Notes under the pieces: model-generated
The model's input: only the letters and a program-made list of their open reading frames with translations
What the model was told of the DNA's origin: nothing
Databases searched by the model: none
Shown: in pieces, positions 8,276 through 17,487 of the stretch
Numbering within the stretch: the first letter of the stretch is position 1
Layout: the number at the start of each line of letters is the position of its first letter
Position numbers and translations under genes: made by a program
NCBI GenBank assembly: GCA_021413445.1
Contig: JAIOQI010000043.1
Location: 10,594-74,593, forward strand
Direction of reading: 5' to 3'
Length of the DNA stretch: 64,000 nt
Origin: Alphaproteobacteria bacterium
Lineage (GTDB): Bacteria; Pseudomonadota; Alphaproteobacteria; Micavibrionales; UBA2020

Positions 8276-10312
8276 TTAAAAAAAACTCTGCGGATCAATA
8301 TCGATTTTTAATTGAATGGAGCTGGGCACCTTGACCGTGGCCAGCCAGTCCGTCAGGAATTTCTGAATCGCCACCGACTTACCCGCCTTCACCAGAAACC
8401 GGCGGCGATGCTTGTCGCGAAGAAAAGCGATCGGTGCGGGCGCGGGCCCGAGGATGCGGATGTCGTCGAAACGCGGTGCTTTCTGCGCCAGGGCGCGGCA
8501 GAACTGGTCAAGCTTCATTTCATCGGCACCGGATAAAATCAACGCGGCCAGCCGGCCATAGGGCGGCATGGAGGATTTTTCGCGCTCCTTCGCCTCGACA
8601 TCGAGGAAGCTGTCGCGGTCGTTATCCGCGAGGGCCTGAATGACCGTCTGCTCGGGCATAAAAGTCTGGATATACACCCGCCCCGGCTTCTCGCCGCGGC
8701 CGGCGCGGCCGGAGACTTGGTGCAACAGCTGAAAAGTGCGCTCGCCGGCGCGCAGGTCGCCGCCCGCCAATCCCAGATCCGCATCGACCACGCCGACGCA
8801 GGTCAGGGACGGGAAATGATGCCCCTTGGCGATCATCTGCGTGCCGACAATCACATCGACCTCATGATCCTCGATCTGGCGCACCGCCTCGTTAATCATC
8901 TTCGGACTGGCCGTCACATCGCTGGCGAGAATCAATGTCCGCGCATCGGGCAGCAGGTTTTGCACCTCTTCCTGAATGCGCTCGACGCCGGGGCCGCAGG
9001 CGGCCAGGCTGCCCTCCGCCTGGCATTCCGGACAGTGCTTCGGCATCGGCTGGCTATGGCCGCAGTGGTGGCATTGCAGGCGCGTATGTTTCCGGTGCTC
9101 CACCAGCCACGCCGCGCAGGACGGGCACTGAAAGCGGTAACCGCAAATGCGGCACAGCGTCAACGGCGCGTAGCCGCGGCGGTTGAGGAACAGCAGCGAC
9201 TGTTCCTTGGCGGCAAAAGTCTCCCGCAGCGCTTTTTGCAACAGCGGCGAAAGAAACTGACCGCGCGCCGGCGCCTTCGCGCGCAGGTCGATCACGCTCA
9301 CCTCGGGCATTTTCGCCCCGGCATGACGCGCCGACAAATGCAGGTAATGATATTTGCCCTGCTTGACATTGTGCAGGGTTTCCAGCGACGGCGTCGCCGA
9401 GGCGAGAACGATGGGGATGCCCCCGAGATGCGCCCGCACAATCGCCATGTCCCGCGCATGATAGAGCACGCCATCTTCCTGCTTGTAGGAAGCCTCATGC
9501 TCCTCGTCCACCACCACCAGACCCAGGTCGGCGTAAGGCAGGAACAACGCCGAGTGCGCGCCGACGACAACCCGTGTCTTGCCGGAAGCCACGCCCGCCC
9601 ATACATTGCGCCGCTGCGCCGGCGTCACTTCAGAATGCCACAGCGCGGGCAGGACGCCGAAGCGCCGCTCGAACCGCTCCAGAAACTGCGCCGACAATGA
9701 AATCTCCGGCAGCAAAACCAGCGCCTGCCGCCCCTGCCGCAAGGCTTCGGCGACGGCTTCGAAATAAACTTCGGTCTTGCCCGAGCCGGTCACGCCGTCC
9801 AATAAAACAGCACTATACTTTTTATCATCCACAATCTGCTTCAGCGCATCGGCGGCCTGCTGCTGGGACTTCGAAAAAGTCAGGGTATTGTCCAGCACTG
9901 CCGCGATCTGGCAAGGCGGCTCTGAAACCCGCGCCCGTTTCGGCGGCTGCAGGGCATCCGGCGCGCTGAGGGCCATTTTCAAGACCGCGCCCATGTCCGA
10001 CATCGTGTAACGCGCCACCCATTCGACGAAATGCCGCTGCACTTCCCCCATCGGCGCGACATCATATTTTTTCTGCACTGTCTTCAGCCTGGCCGGATCG
10101 AGTTCTTCATCCCCTGCCAGCGCCCAGACCACGCCGACAACCTCTTTTTTACCCCACGGCACGCTGACATAATCCCCGAGGCCAAGCGACATCCCCTCCG
10201 GAATCCGGTAATCATAGGCCCGCGCCAAAGGATAAGGCACCAGCACCTGCGCCCGCGGCGCAAAGTCAGGCAAAAGAATCCCCTGTTTTGGACTGGATTG
10301 AGACATGCTCAT
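8276..10312 (-). CDS. priA: Primosomal protein N' (replication restart helicase)
   Basis: DGVTGSGKTEVY, VVDEEHE, LNRRGYAP, four CxxC pairs, HQVSGRAGR, IDIDPQSF. Confidence 0.97.
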   Translation of the reverse strand: MSMSQSSPKQGILLPDFAPRAQVLVPYPLARAYDYRIPEGMSLGLGDYVSVPWGKKEVVGVVWALAGDEELDPARLKTVQKKYDVAPMGEVQRHFVEWVARYTMSDMGAVLKMALSAPDALQPPKRARVSEPPCQIAAVLDNTLTFSKSQQQAADALKQIVDDKKYSAVLLDGVTGSGKTEVYFEAVAEALRQGRQALVLLPEISLSAQFLERFERRFGVLPALWHSEVTPAQRRNVWAGVASGKTRVVVGAHSALFLPYADLGLVVVDEEHEASYKQEDGVLYHARDMAIVRAHLGGIPIVLASATPSLETLHNVKQGKYHYLHLSARHAGAKMPEVSVIDLRAKAPARGQFLSPLLQKALRETFAAKEQSLLFLNRRGYAPLTLCRICGYRFQCPSCAAWLVEHRKHTRLQCHHCGHSQPMPKHCPECQAEGSLAACGPGVERIQEEVQNLLPDARTLILASDVTASPKMINEAVRQIEDHEVDVIVGTQMIAKGHHFPSLTCVGVVDADLGLAGGDLRAGERTFQLLHQVSGRAGRGEKPGRVYIQTFMPEQTVIQALADNDRDSFLDVEAKEREKSSMPPYGRLAALILSGADEMKLDQFCRALAQKAPRFDDIRILGPAPAPIAFLRDKHRRRFLVKAGKSVAIQKFLTDWLATVKVPSSIQLKIDIDPQSFF

Positions 10313-10392
10313 CTGACTACACCAAGGCGTTTTGAAAGGACAGGGGTTAAGGCTTTGAACTGACTTTGTTTTTCATATTTACAGGAAATTTA

Positions 10393-10421
10393 TTGACATA
10401 AAATATTTTTCTGTTTACACT
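10393..10421 (+). promoter_or_regulatory. sigma70-type promoter
   Basis: TTGACA-N17-TACACT followed by AAGGAG RBS. Confidence 0.6.
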
Positions 10422-10452
10422 CTGCTCACGTTATACATAAAAGGAGAAAACG

Positions 10453-10728
10453 ATGATAAGCAAAATTTTTAACGAAGCCGGCGTAAAAGAGTTCAAGGCC
10501 ATAGCGGAAGCTTTGGGGCTGCCTTCTGCAGACGCGGCGCTCTTCCATGCTTTTTGCCTGCTTGACCTGGCGAAAAAGGCAAAAGAGCAAGGCAAAGTAC
10601 TGGGCGTCCTTACGGTAAAAGACGATAAGGTTACGTCGGTGGACGCGGTTGTCACGCCGTTGGAAAGCGGCACCGGCAACATAAAAGTTACCTACACTGC
10701 GGGCAGCACCTTTAAGCTGAACCCCTGA
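10453..10728 (+). CDS. Small hypothetical protein
   Basis: 91 aa ORF with strong AAGGAG RBS and its own promoter. Confidence 0.75.
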   Translation: MISKIFNEAGVKEFKAIAEALGLPSADAALFHAFCLLDLAKKAKEQGKVLGVLTVKDDKVTSVDAVVTPLESGTGNIKVTYTAGSTFKLNP

Positions 10729-10809
10729 TTTTCGCCGTCAACGCAGTAGATTATTAGCCCCTCTTTCGCTAGACTGAAAACAGTCTTAATGCGAAGAGGG
10801 CTTAACATC

Positions 10810-11478
10810 ATGAAATTCTTTGTCGATACCGCGGATTTAGCTGAAATCAAGGACTTAGCCTCGACCGGCTTGCTGGATGGCGTGACCACCAACCCCTCGC
10901 TGGTGGCGCAATCGGGCGCCAAGAGCTTCATCGCCCTGATCGAGGAAATCTGCAAGGTGGTCAAGGGCCCGGTCAGCGCCGAAGTCGCCGCCACCGATTA
11001 TGCCACCATGCTCAAGGAAGGCCAGCGCCTCGCCAAGATCGCCAAGAACGTCGCGGTCAAGGTGCCGCTGACGCCGGACGGGCTGAAAGTGTGCAAGGCG
11101 CTCAGCGACGGCGGCACGATGGTGAACGTCACGCTCTGCTTCTCCGCTTCGCAGGCCATTCTCGCCGCCAAGGCGGGGGCGAGTTTCATCTCGCCGTTTA
11201 TCGGCCGCCTCGACGATATTTCCACCGACGGCATGCAGCTGGTCCGCGACATCGTGCAGATCTACAAAAACTATCCGGCCTTCAAGACCGAGGTGCTGGT
11301 CGCCTCCATCCGCCACCCGCTGCATCTGGTCGATGCTGCAAGGATCGGCGCCCATGTCGCGACCATCCCGCCCAAGGTCATCCGCCAGCTCTATTCCCAC
11401 CCGCTGACCGACAAGGGCCTCGCCGCCTTCGTCGCCGACTGGCAGAAAACCGGGCAAAGCATACTGGACGCGGCGTAA
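10810..11478 (+). CDS. fsa: Transaldolase / fructose-6-phosphate aldolase
   Basis: [40 protein letters not shown]. Confidence 0.95.
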   Translation: MKFFVDTADLAEIKDLASTGLLDGVTTNPSLVAQSGAKSFIALIEEICKVVKGPVSAEVAATDYATMLKEGQRLAKIAKNVAVKVPLTPDGLKVCKALSDGGTMVNVTLCFSASQAILAAKAGASFISPFIGRLDDISTDGMQLVRDIVQIYKNYPAFKTEVLVASIRHPLHLVDAARIGAHVATIPPKVIRQLYSHPLTDKGLAAFVADWQKTGQSILDAA

Positions 11479-11479
11479 C

Positions 11480-12172
11480 ATGAAAGAATCCGTCATGGCA
11501 AAAGCCCCGAAACAACTCGATGACGTCGGCGTGCTGGCCTACCTGAAAGCAAATCCGGATTTTTTCAACGCGCATCCGGATGCGCTCCCCGGCGCGCCGC
11601 AGGGCAAGGGTGTGGTCGATTTCCAGCAGCGCATGCTGGAAAAGCTGAAAAGCGACAAATCCAACGCCCAGCGCCTGCAAAAGGAACTGGTCGAGAACGT
11701 CCGTGCCAACATGGACAACCTGAACCGCATCCAGATGGCGGTGCTGGTGATCCTGGAAGCGGAAAGCTTCGAGGAATTCGTCGAGACCGTCACCCAGGAC
11801 CTGCCGATGCTGCTGGATGTCGATACCGTCAACCTGGTCATCGAATCCACTTCCAAGGAAATCCCCTTCATCAACCAGGCCGGCATCCGCTTAGCCAAGC
11901 CGGGCACGGTGAAGAAATGGCTCAGCACCGGCGACGCCCTGCTGCAGAACAACATCAACGGCGCGGAAGAAATTTTCGGCCCCGGCGCCGGGCTGGTCAA
12001 AAGCCACGCGCTGGTGCGGCTGGAGATCAGCCAGAGCACACCCGCCGGCATCATCGCCTTCGGCTCGCGCGACCCGGAGGCCTTCCAGCCGCATCAGGCC
12101 GTGGACCAGATCGGCTTCCTGGCGCCAGTGGTAGAACGCTGTTTCCGCATATGGCTGGGCCTTCAGGTATAG
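11480..12172 (+). CDS. DUF484 (YigA-like) protein
   Basis: VLAYLKANPDFF, VVDFQ, GSRDPEAF; usual position upstream of xerC. Confidence 0.85.
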   Translation: MKESVMAKAPKQLDDVGVLAYLKANPDFFNAHPDALPGAPQGKGVVDFQQRMLEKLKSDKSNAQRLQKELVENVRANMDNLNRIQMAVLVILEAESFEEFVETVTQDLPMLLDVDTVNLVIESTSKEIPFINQAGIRLAKPGTVKKWLSTGDALLQNNINGAEEIFGPGAGLVKSHALVRLEISQSTPAGIIAFGSRDPEAFQPHQAVDQIGFLAPVVERCFRIWLGLQV

Positions 12173-13113
12173 CCGCCGCCCCTCCCTCCGCCGCCGCCGA
12201 TCTGGCGGCGCGTTTCGACGCCTGGTTGCGTTTCCTGCAACATGAAAAGCATTTCTCGCGCCATACGCTGCGCGCCTACAGCAAGGACATTCTGTATTTT
12301 TTCGACTTCCTGACGCAGCACCTCGGCAAGCCGCCTTCCCTCAACGACCTCGGCGCCGCCTCCCTGCGCGATTTCAGGAGCTGGCTGACCCAGCGCGTGG
12401 TCGATGGCGTCAGCAACGCGACCCGCGCGCGCCAGTTGTCCAGCATCCGCAGCTTTCTCAAGTGGCTCGACAAACAGGGCATCCTGCACAATGCCGCCAT
12501 CGGCTGCGTGCGGACGCCGAAACTGCCGAAAAAACTGCCGCGCAGCCTGCCGGTCAAACAGGCAAAAATTTTAACGGACAACATGGATGGCATTCACAAT
12601 CAGGAGCCGTGGATCGCCCACCGCGACCGGGCGCTGTTCACCCTGCTTTACGGCTGCGGCCTGCGCATCGACGAAGCGCTGCAGCTCAACTACGGCACCC
12701 GCCCGCAGAACGGCGAATTGCGCGTGATGGGCAAGGGCCGCAGGGAACGGCTGGTTCCCGTCCTCGACGTCGTCCAGAAGATGCTCGACGACTATATCGC
12801 CCACTGCCCCATCCCTTTTGAAAAAGATACGCCGCTGTTCCTCGGCAGCCGCGGCGGGCGGCTGAATCAGGGCGTCGCGCAACGGCAGCTGCGCATTCTC
12901 AGGAAGACCCTCGGCCTGCCGGAAAGCCTGACGCCGCATGCGCTGCGCCACAGCTTCGCCACGCATATCCTGGCGAACGGCGCCAACCTGCGCGTGATTC
13001 AGGAATTGCTCGGCCACGCCTCGCTGCGCAGCACCCAGCGCTACACCGACTTTGACGACGCGCAGCTCATGGCGATTTACATGAAGTCACATCCGCGCGC
13101 CCGCAGCGACTGA
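12151..13113 (+). CDS. xerC: Tyrosine recombinase XerC
   Basis: RDRALFTLLYGCGLRIDE, GKGRRER, HALRHSFATH, QELLGH, TQRYT; DUF484-xerC synteny; start taken at ATG 12151. Confidence 0.92.
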   Translation: MAGPSGIAAAPPSAAADLAARFDAWLRFLQHEKHFSRHTLRAYSKDILYFFDFLTQHLGKPPSLNDLGAASLRDFRSWLTQRVVDGVSNATRARQLSSIRSFLKWLDKQGILHNAAIGCVRTPKLPKKLPRSLPVKQAKILTDNMDGIHNQEPWIAHRDRALFTLLYGCGLRIDEALQLNYGTRPQNGELRVMGKGRRERLVPVLDVVQKMLDDYIAHCPIPFEKDTPLFLGSRGGRLNQGVAQRQLRILRKTLGLPESLTPHALRHSFATHILANGANLRVIQELLGHASLRSTQRYTDFDDAQLMAIYMKSHPRARSD

Positions 13114-13695
13114 CGGTTTCCGGCTTAAGTCATTAAACCTTTTTTCAAGCCGCTTGCGGCTTTGCCAGTAATCCCATTGAGTAATGTCCTGATAGCTCCT
13201 GATCCCCAGCGGCTGCTTCACCTCGGCCCAGAGGGCGGCGTGGGTGGCATACGGATCCAGCTCCACGATACGCTGCACCATCGCCTTCAGTTCCGCCTGC
13301 TGCTCCTTGTTGATTTTCTGATGACTGACCCCCCAGGCCATCAGCGGCAAGACCATCACCATGACCGCGATGGCGAGTGTTGCCAGCCTGCGTTTTCCGC
13401 CGCCGCCGGCATGGTCATACAACTGTGATTTGTCCAGCACCGCCTTGATTTCCATGCGCACGGAGGTCGGGTCCTCCATATCCACTTCCTGCTGCCCTGA
13501 ATAATGGTTGAGGAAAGAGAGCATCAACTGGTCCGTCACCTCGTCTTCATGGTGAAAGTAACGCGCCATCAGCGCGGCGGCGCGCTGCTTTTGCCTGGCC
13601 GTCAGGAAACGCTTCTCCGACTTCAGCCACGTCTCCAGGCAGCGCGACGCCTGTTCAATCGGCGCCAGAATAGCCAGTTTCTTTTCCCATCGCAT
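13087..13695 (-). CDS. Hypothetical single-pass membrane protein with ORF6C-like C-terminal domain
   Basis: GGGAGG RBS; TM LATLAIAVMVMVLPLMAWGV; C-terminal QQAELKAMV...LWAEVKQPLGIRSYQDI. Confidence 0.65.
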   Translation of the reverse strand: MRWEKKLAILAPIEQASRCLETWLKSEKRFLTARQKQRAAALMARYFHHEDEVTDQLMLSFLNHYSGQQEVDMEDPTSVRMEIKAVLDKSQLYDHAGGGGKRRLATLAIAVMVMVLPLMAWGVSHQKINKEQQAELKAMVQRIVELDPYATHAALWAEVKQPLGIRSYQDITQWDYWQSRKRLEKRFNDLSRKPSVAAGARM

Positions 13696-13806
13696 GAGCA
13701 CCCTCCCGAGTACGACTGAATGTAGATACAACCTATAGATGAAAAATTAATTACTTGCAACTAAAAATTGCATATGCTATCCTTGGGGAAGAATGAAGGG
13801 GTCAGC

Positions 13807-14256
13807 ATGAATAAGCTTTATCGCCTTGCATACCTTATAATATTGTTATCATTGACTTTTTCCGCCGCCGAAGCCTCTCCCCGCCAGGAGGTGCTGCAGG
13901 GGCCGATGACGGGGGAGGTCCTTAACGTCCTCGACGGGGACACCGTCAACGTCAAAATCCGCGTCTGGATCGGGCAGGAAATCGAGACCAGCCTGCGCAT
14001 CGAAGGCATCGACGCGCCGGAAATCAAGGGCAAGTGCGAAAAAGAACGCACGCTGGCCGAAGCGGCGCGGCAGGAAGTCGAGCGCCTGCTGAGCGACAAC
14101 CTGATCCGGGTTTACAACGTCCGCCTGGAAAAATACGCCGGCCGCGTGATGGCGGAAGCGCAGACCACGCAAGGCATCGACATCGGCAAACACATGATCG
14201 AAAAAGGCCTGGCCCGCCCCTACCACGGGGAAAAGCGCCAGCCGTGGTGTTCTTAA
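13807..14256 (+). CDS. Secreted thermonuclease (SNase) family protein
   Basis: Signal peptide, VLDGDTV, LRIEGIDAPE, KYAGRVMA, MIEKGLARPY. Confidence 0.9.
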   Translation: MNKLYRLAYLIILLSLTFSAAEASPRQEVLQGPMTGEVLNVLDGDTVNVKIRVWIGQEIETSLRIEGIDAPEIKGKCEKERTLAEAARQEVERLLSDNLIRVYNVRLEKYAGRVMAEAQTTQGIDIGKHMIEKGLARPYHGEKRQPWCS

Positions 14257-14897
14257 GGCTTGAAGCCTTTAAAACCGGTCCCTTTATGTTTTTCTTTCAG
14301 CGTCATCTGATGATAGGCCGCCTGCACGACGGCGAAATCAACGCCTAAAAATTCCTTGCCGTCCTCCGGCACTTTTTGCCACACCGCCTGCATCTCCTCC
14401 AGCCGCCCGCGCCAGAGGGCCGGTTTCAGGATGTGCTGCAGCTGCAGGCTCCCGACCGCCAGATCCAGAAGGTCGCGCCTGCCCTCGTGTTCCCTGAACT
14501 GCGACAAATCCCGCAAAGTCAGGCGATCTCCCGCCGCGATCATCTTCTCCGTAACTTTACCCAGACATCCCATCTTGCAGGCGCGCACCAGCGCCACCTC
14601 GTCGGTGTCCCCATATTCCTGCCGCAGCCAGTTTTTAATATCAGCCTGCGCCGCCATATCTGCAAAAAACGCCGCTTTCTCCGCACCGATGGCTTCCTGC
14701 AAAAGAGCCGCCACTTCGTGATGGCCGTCGAACAGCGCCAGGTTCAAAGCGGCGCCGTTCCTGCCAAAAGGGTCGGCGCCTTGCTCCAACAGCGTTTTCA
14801 CCGCCTCCAGATGCCCTGCGAAGGCAGCCGTGCTCAGGGCATCATCCATGTCCCTGTGAAACATGGCATTCTTTCTTGAGTTTTCGTCACCGGTCAT
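14253..14897 (-). CDS. Ankyrin-repeat protein with C-terminal WxGRxxEM module
   Basis: ALSTAAFAGHLEAVKTLLEQGAD, ALNLALFDGHHEVAALL. Confidence 0.8.
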   Translation of the reverse strand: MTGDENSRKNAMFHRDMDDALSTAAFAGHLEAVKTLLEQGADPFGRNGAALNLALFDGHHEVAALLQEAIGAEKAAFFADMAAQADIKNWLRQEYGDTDEVALVRACKMGCLGKVTEKMIAAGDRLTLRDLSQFREHEGRRDLLDLAVGSLQLQHILKPALWRGRLEEMQAVWQKVPEDGKEFLGVDFAVVQAAYHQMTLKEKHKGTGFKGFKP

Positions 14898-15708
14898 TTT
14901 TCACTCCTGCGTCAAGCTTCAAGTCCAGCACCACCGGCGCGTGGTCGCTGGGCCTTTCCCAGCCGCGCACGTCGCGCAATATCTGGTGTTTTTTCAAGGC
15001 CGGCTTCAGGTCCTTGGTCACCCAGATATGGTCGAGGCGGCGGCCCTTGTCCGCCCTATCCCAGTCTTCGGCGCGGTAGCTCCACCATGAATAGAGCTTT
15101 TCCTCCCCGGGGACGAAATGGCGGATGGCATCGACCCAGCCGGCGGAGCGGTAGAATTTTTCGAACTTCTCGATTTCCATCGGCGTGTGCGACACCACAT
15201 TCCGCATCTTCTCATGGTCCCAGACATCATTCTCCAGCGGCGCGATATTCAGGTCGCCGACCACGATCATCGAATTTTTAGCTGATCTTTCCTCGGCGAA
15301 CCACTGCGTCAGCTCATCGACAAAAGCGAGCTTGTGCCGGAATTTATCGGACTCCATATCCGGCTCATAGCCGCCGGCGGGAATATAAATATTGTGCAGC
15401 TCGAAGGTTTTTCCCGGCGCCTTGACCTTGACCGAGATGTGGCGGCAGTCGTTTTTTCCGCAGCGCTGGTACACCTCCGGCTCGGCCAGCGGCAGTTTTG
15501 AGAACACCGCCACGCCGTTATAGCCCTTCATGCCGGCAAAGTGATAATGCGCAAAGCCTTTGGCCACCAGCGCCTCCACCGGAAAAAATTCGTCCGGGGT
15601 CTTGGTCTCCTGCAGGCAAAAAACGTCCGGCTTCTGCGCATCGATCAGCTGTGTCAGCAGGTCGAGCCGCAGGCGGACAGAATTGATGTTCCAGGTGATA
15701 AGGCGCAT
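14887..15708 (-). CDS. xth: Exodeoxyribonuclease III
   Basis: ITWNINSVR, CLQETK, GYNGVA, GDLNIAP, YSWWSYR, RLDHIW, SDHAPV. Confidence 0.95.
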   Translation of the reverse strand: MRLITWNINSVRLRLDLLTQLIDAQKPDVFCLQETKTPDEFFPVEALVAKGFAHYHFAGMKGYNGVAVFSKLPLAEPEVYQRCGKNDCRHISVKVKAPGKTFELHNIYIPAGGYEPDMESDKFRHKLAFVDELTQWFAEERSAKNSMIVVGDLNIAPLENDVWDHEKMRNVVSHTPMEIEKFEKFYRSAGWVDAIRHFVPGEEKLYSWWSYRAEDWDRADKGRRLDHIWVTKDLKPALKKHQILRDVRGWERPSDHAPVVLDLKLDAGVKNDR

Positions 15709-15830
15709 GCCTCTTTCCATACCCCTTATCTCCATGATTATAAAGATAAAATTATTGGTATTCCGTCGTTGACATATTCTCCTTGTTTACGTACCATAAC
15801 CTCGGAATCACATAATACCTGGAGAAACAC

Positions 15831-16448
15831 ATGAGAAAACTTCCCTCCCTTATCCTGCAATTCGCTGCCGCCGCCACGCTGGCTTTCTCCGGTTGCACGG
15901 TTTTCCCCAAGACCTCAAAGCTGCATAACGTCAAGATCGGCTCCGTGCAGGAAAACAGCGATGTTTTTGTCGGCGTCGATGACCTAGCCGCGCGCCTCAC
16001 CAAGATAAAAAAGGGCATGAGCGACACGGCGGTCTATGACACGCTCGGCGTTTCCCCAAAACGGTTTTATACCATCCCCGACGACCAGAAGATGAAATAC
16101 GTCGATGGCCCGCAGGTCGCGCAGCCGCACACCGCCGAAGAGCAGGACAAGATCAAGGCCCGCGCCGACAGCTACACGGTCCGTGAGCTGGTTTACAGGA
16201 GCGTCACCACAAAAGCCGGCGTCAACCTGGTCCTGACCAAGGAAACCCAGACCACCGGCTACGACCTCAGGCTGCAGGTCACCTTCAAGGACGGCATTCT
16301 CGACAAGGTCACCCTTGCCGGCATCCAGGAAATCAACCGCTACAACAAGGAGACGATTATCTCCCTGATCAGCACCGCCGCCCGAGGCGGCGGCGCGGAC
16401 GCCCTGCAGCTCATCATCAAGAACTCGGTCAAGGTTCCCGGGCTCTGA
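15831..16448 (+). CDS. Putative lipoprotein (SmpA/BamE-like motif)
   Basis: Lipobox-like LAFSGC; IKKGMSDTAVYDTLG; GGAG RBS; TTGACA-N17-TACCAT promoter at 15769-15797. Confidence 0.7.
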   Translation: MRKLPSLILQFAAAATLAFSGCTVFPKTSKLHNVKIGSVQENSDVFVGVDDLAARLTKIKKGMSDTAVYDTLGVSPKRFYTIPDDQKMKYVDGPQVAQPHTAEEQDKIKARADSYTVRELVYRSVTTKAGVNLVLTKETQTTGYDLRLQVTFKDGILDKVTLAGIQEINRYNKETIISLISTAARGGGADALQLIIKNSVKVPGL

Positions 16449-16474
16449 CGTCTTGGCCGTTTACACCCTGAAAT

Positions 16475-16507
16475 AAAAAGGCCCGTGAAATTCACTGGCC
16501 TTTTTTT
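16475..16507. terminator. Bidirectional intrinsic terminator
   Basis: AAAAAGGCCCGTGAAATTCACTGGCCTTTTTTT between convergent genes. Confidence 0.8.
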
Positions 16508-16521
16508 ATCTCTTATCGCCG

Positions 16522-17124
16522 TTACGGCTGCGGCGGCTTAGGGCCCTTTTTTGCAGGGTTGTCCAGCGCCTCCAGCGCCGCGCGGGATTTCACCAGCGCC
16601 TCGCCGAAAATCTTGTCGAGGCCGGGATTCTGCCCCTTCACGGTGGCAAAACTCTGTTCGAGGCCTTTCAGGATATTCCAGCGCACCTGATGATGCTTGT
16701 CTATTTTGGCGCGGCCGATCAGCTGGTCGTTCATGGTGGAAAGCCCCTCGACCAGGAACAGGCGGGTCGCATCAGCCGGCATGCCGTTGTCGAATTTCAC
16801 GGCGCTCATGCCGGACAGGTACTTCATCAGTTCCACGGTCCGCTCGCCAAACAGGTTGCGGGATACGTCCATGGCATTTTGGTCGGCGAGCACATTGCCT
16901 TTGGAAGGGCCCATCAGGGTCAGCGTGATTAATTCTTCCGAGCAATCCGAACAGTTGGCGATCAGCAGTTTTGCGGCGGCGATCGGCTGGTGCAGCATGA
17001 AGCTCTCGATGCGCTCCGGTCCAAACATGCTCATGTTGCGGGTGAGCCAGCCGTAGCACATGTTGAGGGACTTTTCCCACTTGGGGTTCGCGGGCAGTCC
17101 TGATTTTGAATAATCGAAAGGCAT
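16522..17124 (-). CDS. Hypothetical protein, degenerate HD/Mesh1-like fold
   Basis: AAGGAG RBS; LHQPIAAAKLL, SEELITLTLMGP, FGERTVELM spacing resembles the SpoT-type HD domain without the HD residues. Confidence 0.65.
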   Translation of the reverse strand: MPFDYSKSGLPANPKWEKSLNMCYGWLTRNMSMFGPERIESFMLHQPIAAAKLLIANCSDCSEELITLTLMGPSKGNVLADQNAMDVSRNLFGERTVELMKYLSGMSAVKFDNGMPADATRLFLVEGLSTMNDQLIGRAKIDKHHQVRWNILKGLEQSFATVKGQNPGLDKIFGEALVKSRAALEALDNPAKKGPKPPQP

Positions 17125-17160
17125 TTTTTTCTCCTTAGGGGTTATACTTGGGGTTAAAGG

Positions 17161-17484
17161 TTAAAAGGGCAGTTCCAGACCGGCGGGAAGACCCATTTCG
17201 GTCATGATTTTCTGGGTTTCATCTCCCATTAGTTTTTCCACCTTGCGGCGGGCGTCATTGACGGCGGCAATCACCATGTCTTCCAGCACTTCCGCTTCCT
17301 GCGGATTGATGAGGGACGGGGCGATCTTCAGGGTCTTGAGCTCGAAGCGGCCGTTAAGGCAGCAGCGGACCAGGCCGCCGCCCGCCTCGCCGGTCACTTC
17401 CGTCTGCTTGACCCGCGCCTGCAGCTCCTGCATCTTCTGCTTCATCTGCGAGGCTTTTTGCATCATCTGCACGATATTGGCCAT
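17161..17484 (-). CDS. ybaB: Nucleoid-associated protein YbaB/EbfC
   Basis: GEAGGGLV, LEDMVIAAVNDA; directly downstream of dnaX. Confidence 0.93.
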   Translation of the reverse strand: MANIVQMMQKASQMKQKMQELQARVKQTEVTGEAGGGLVRCCLNGRFELKTLKIAPSLINPQEAEVLEDMVIAAVNDARRKVEKLMGDETQKIMTEMGLPAGLELPF

Positions 17485-17487
17485 GGC

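Noticed and set aside
11917-12150. Long N-terminal extension of XerC
   Set aside because: It overlaps DUF484 in another frame with Arg/Pro-rich nonsense composition; ATG 12151 is the plausible start.
12151-13113. Tyrosine recombinase as a phage or island integrase
   Set aside because: Its motifs and DUF484-xerC synteny indicate chromosomal XerC.
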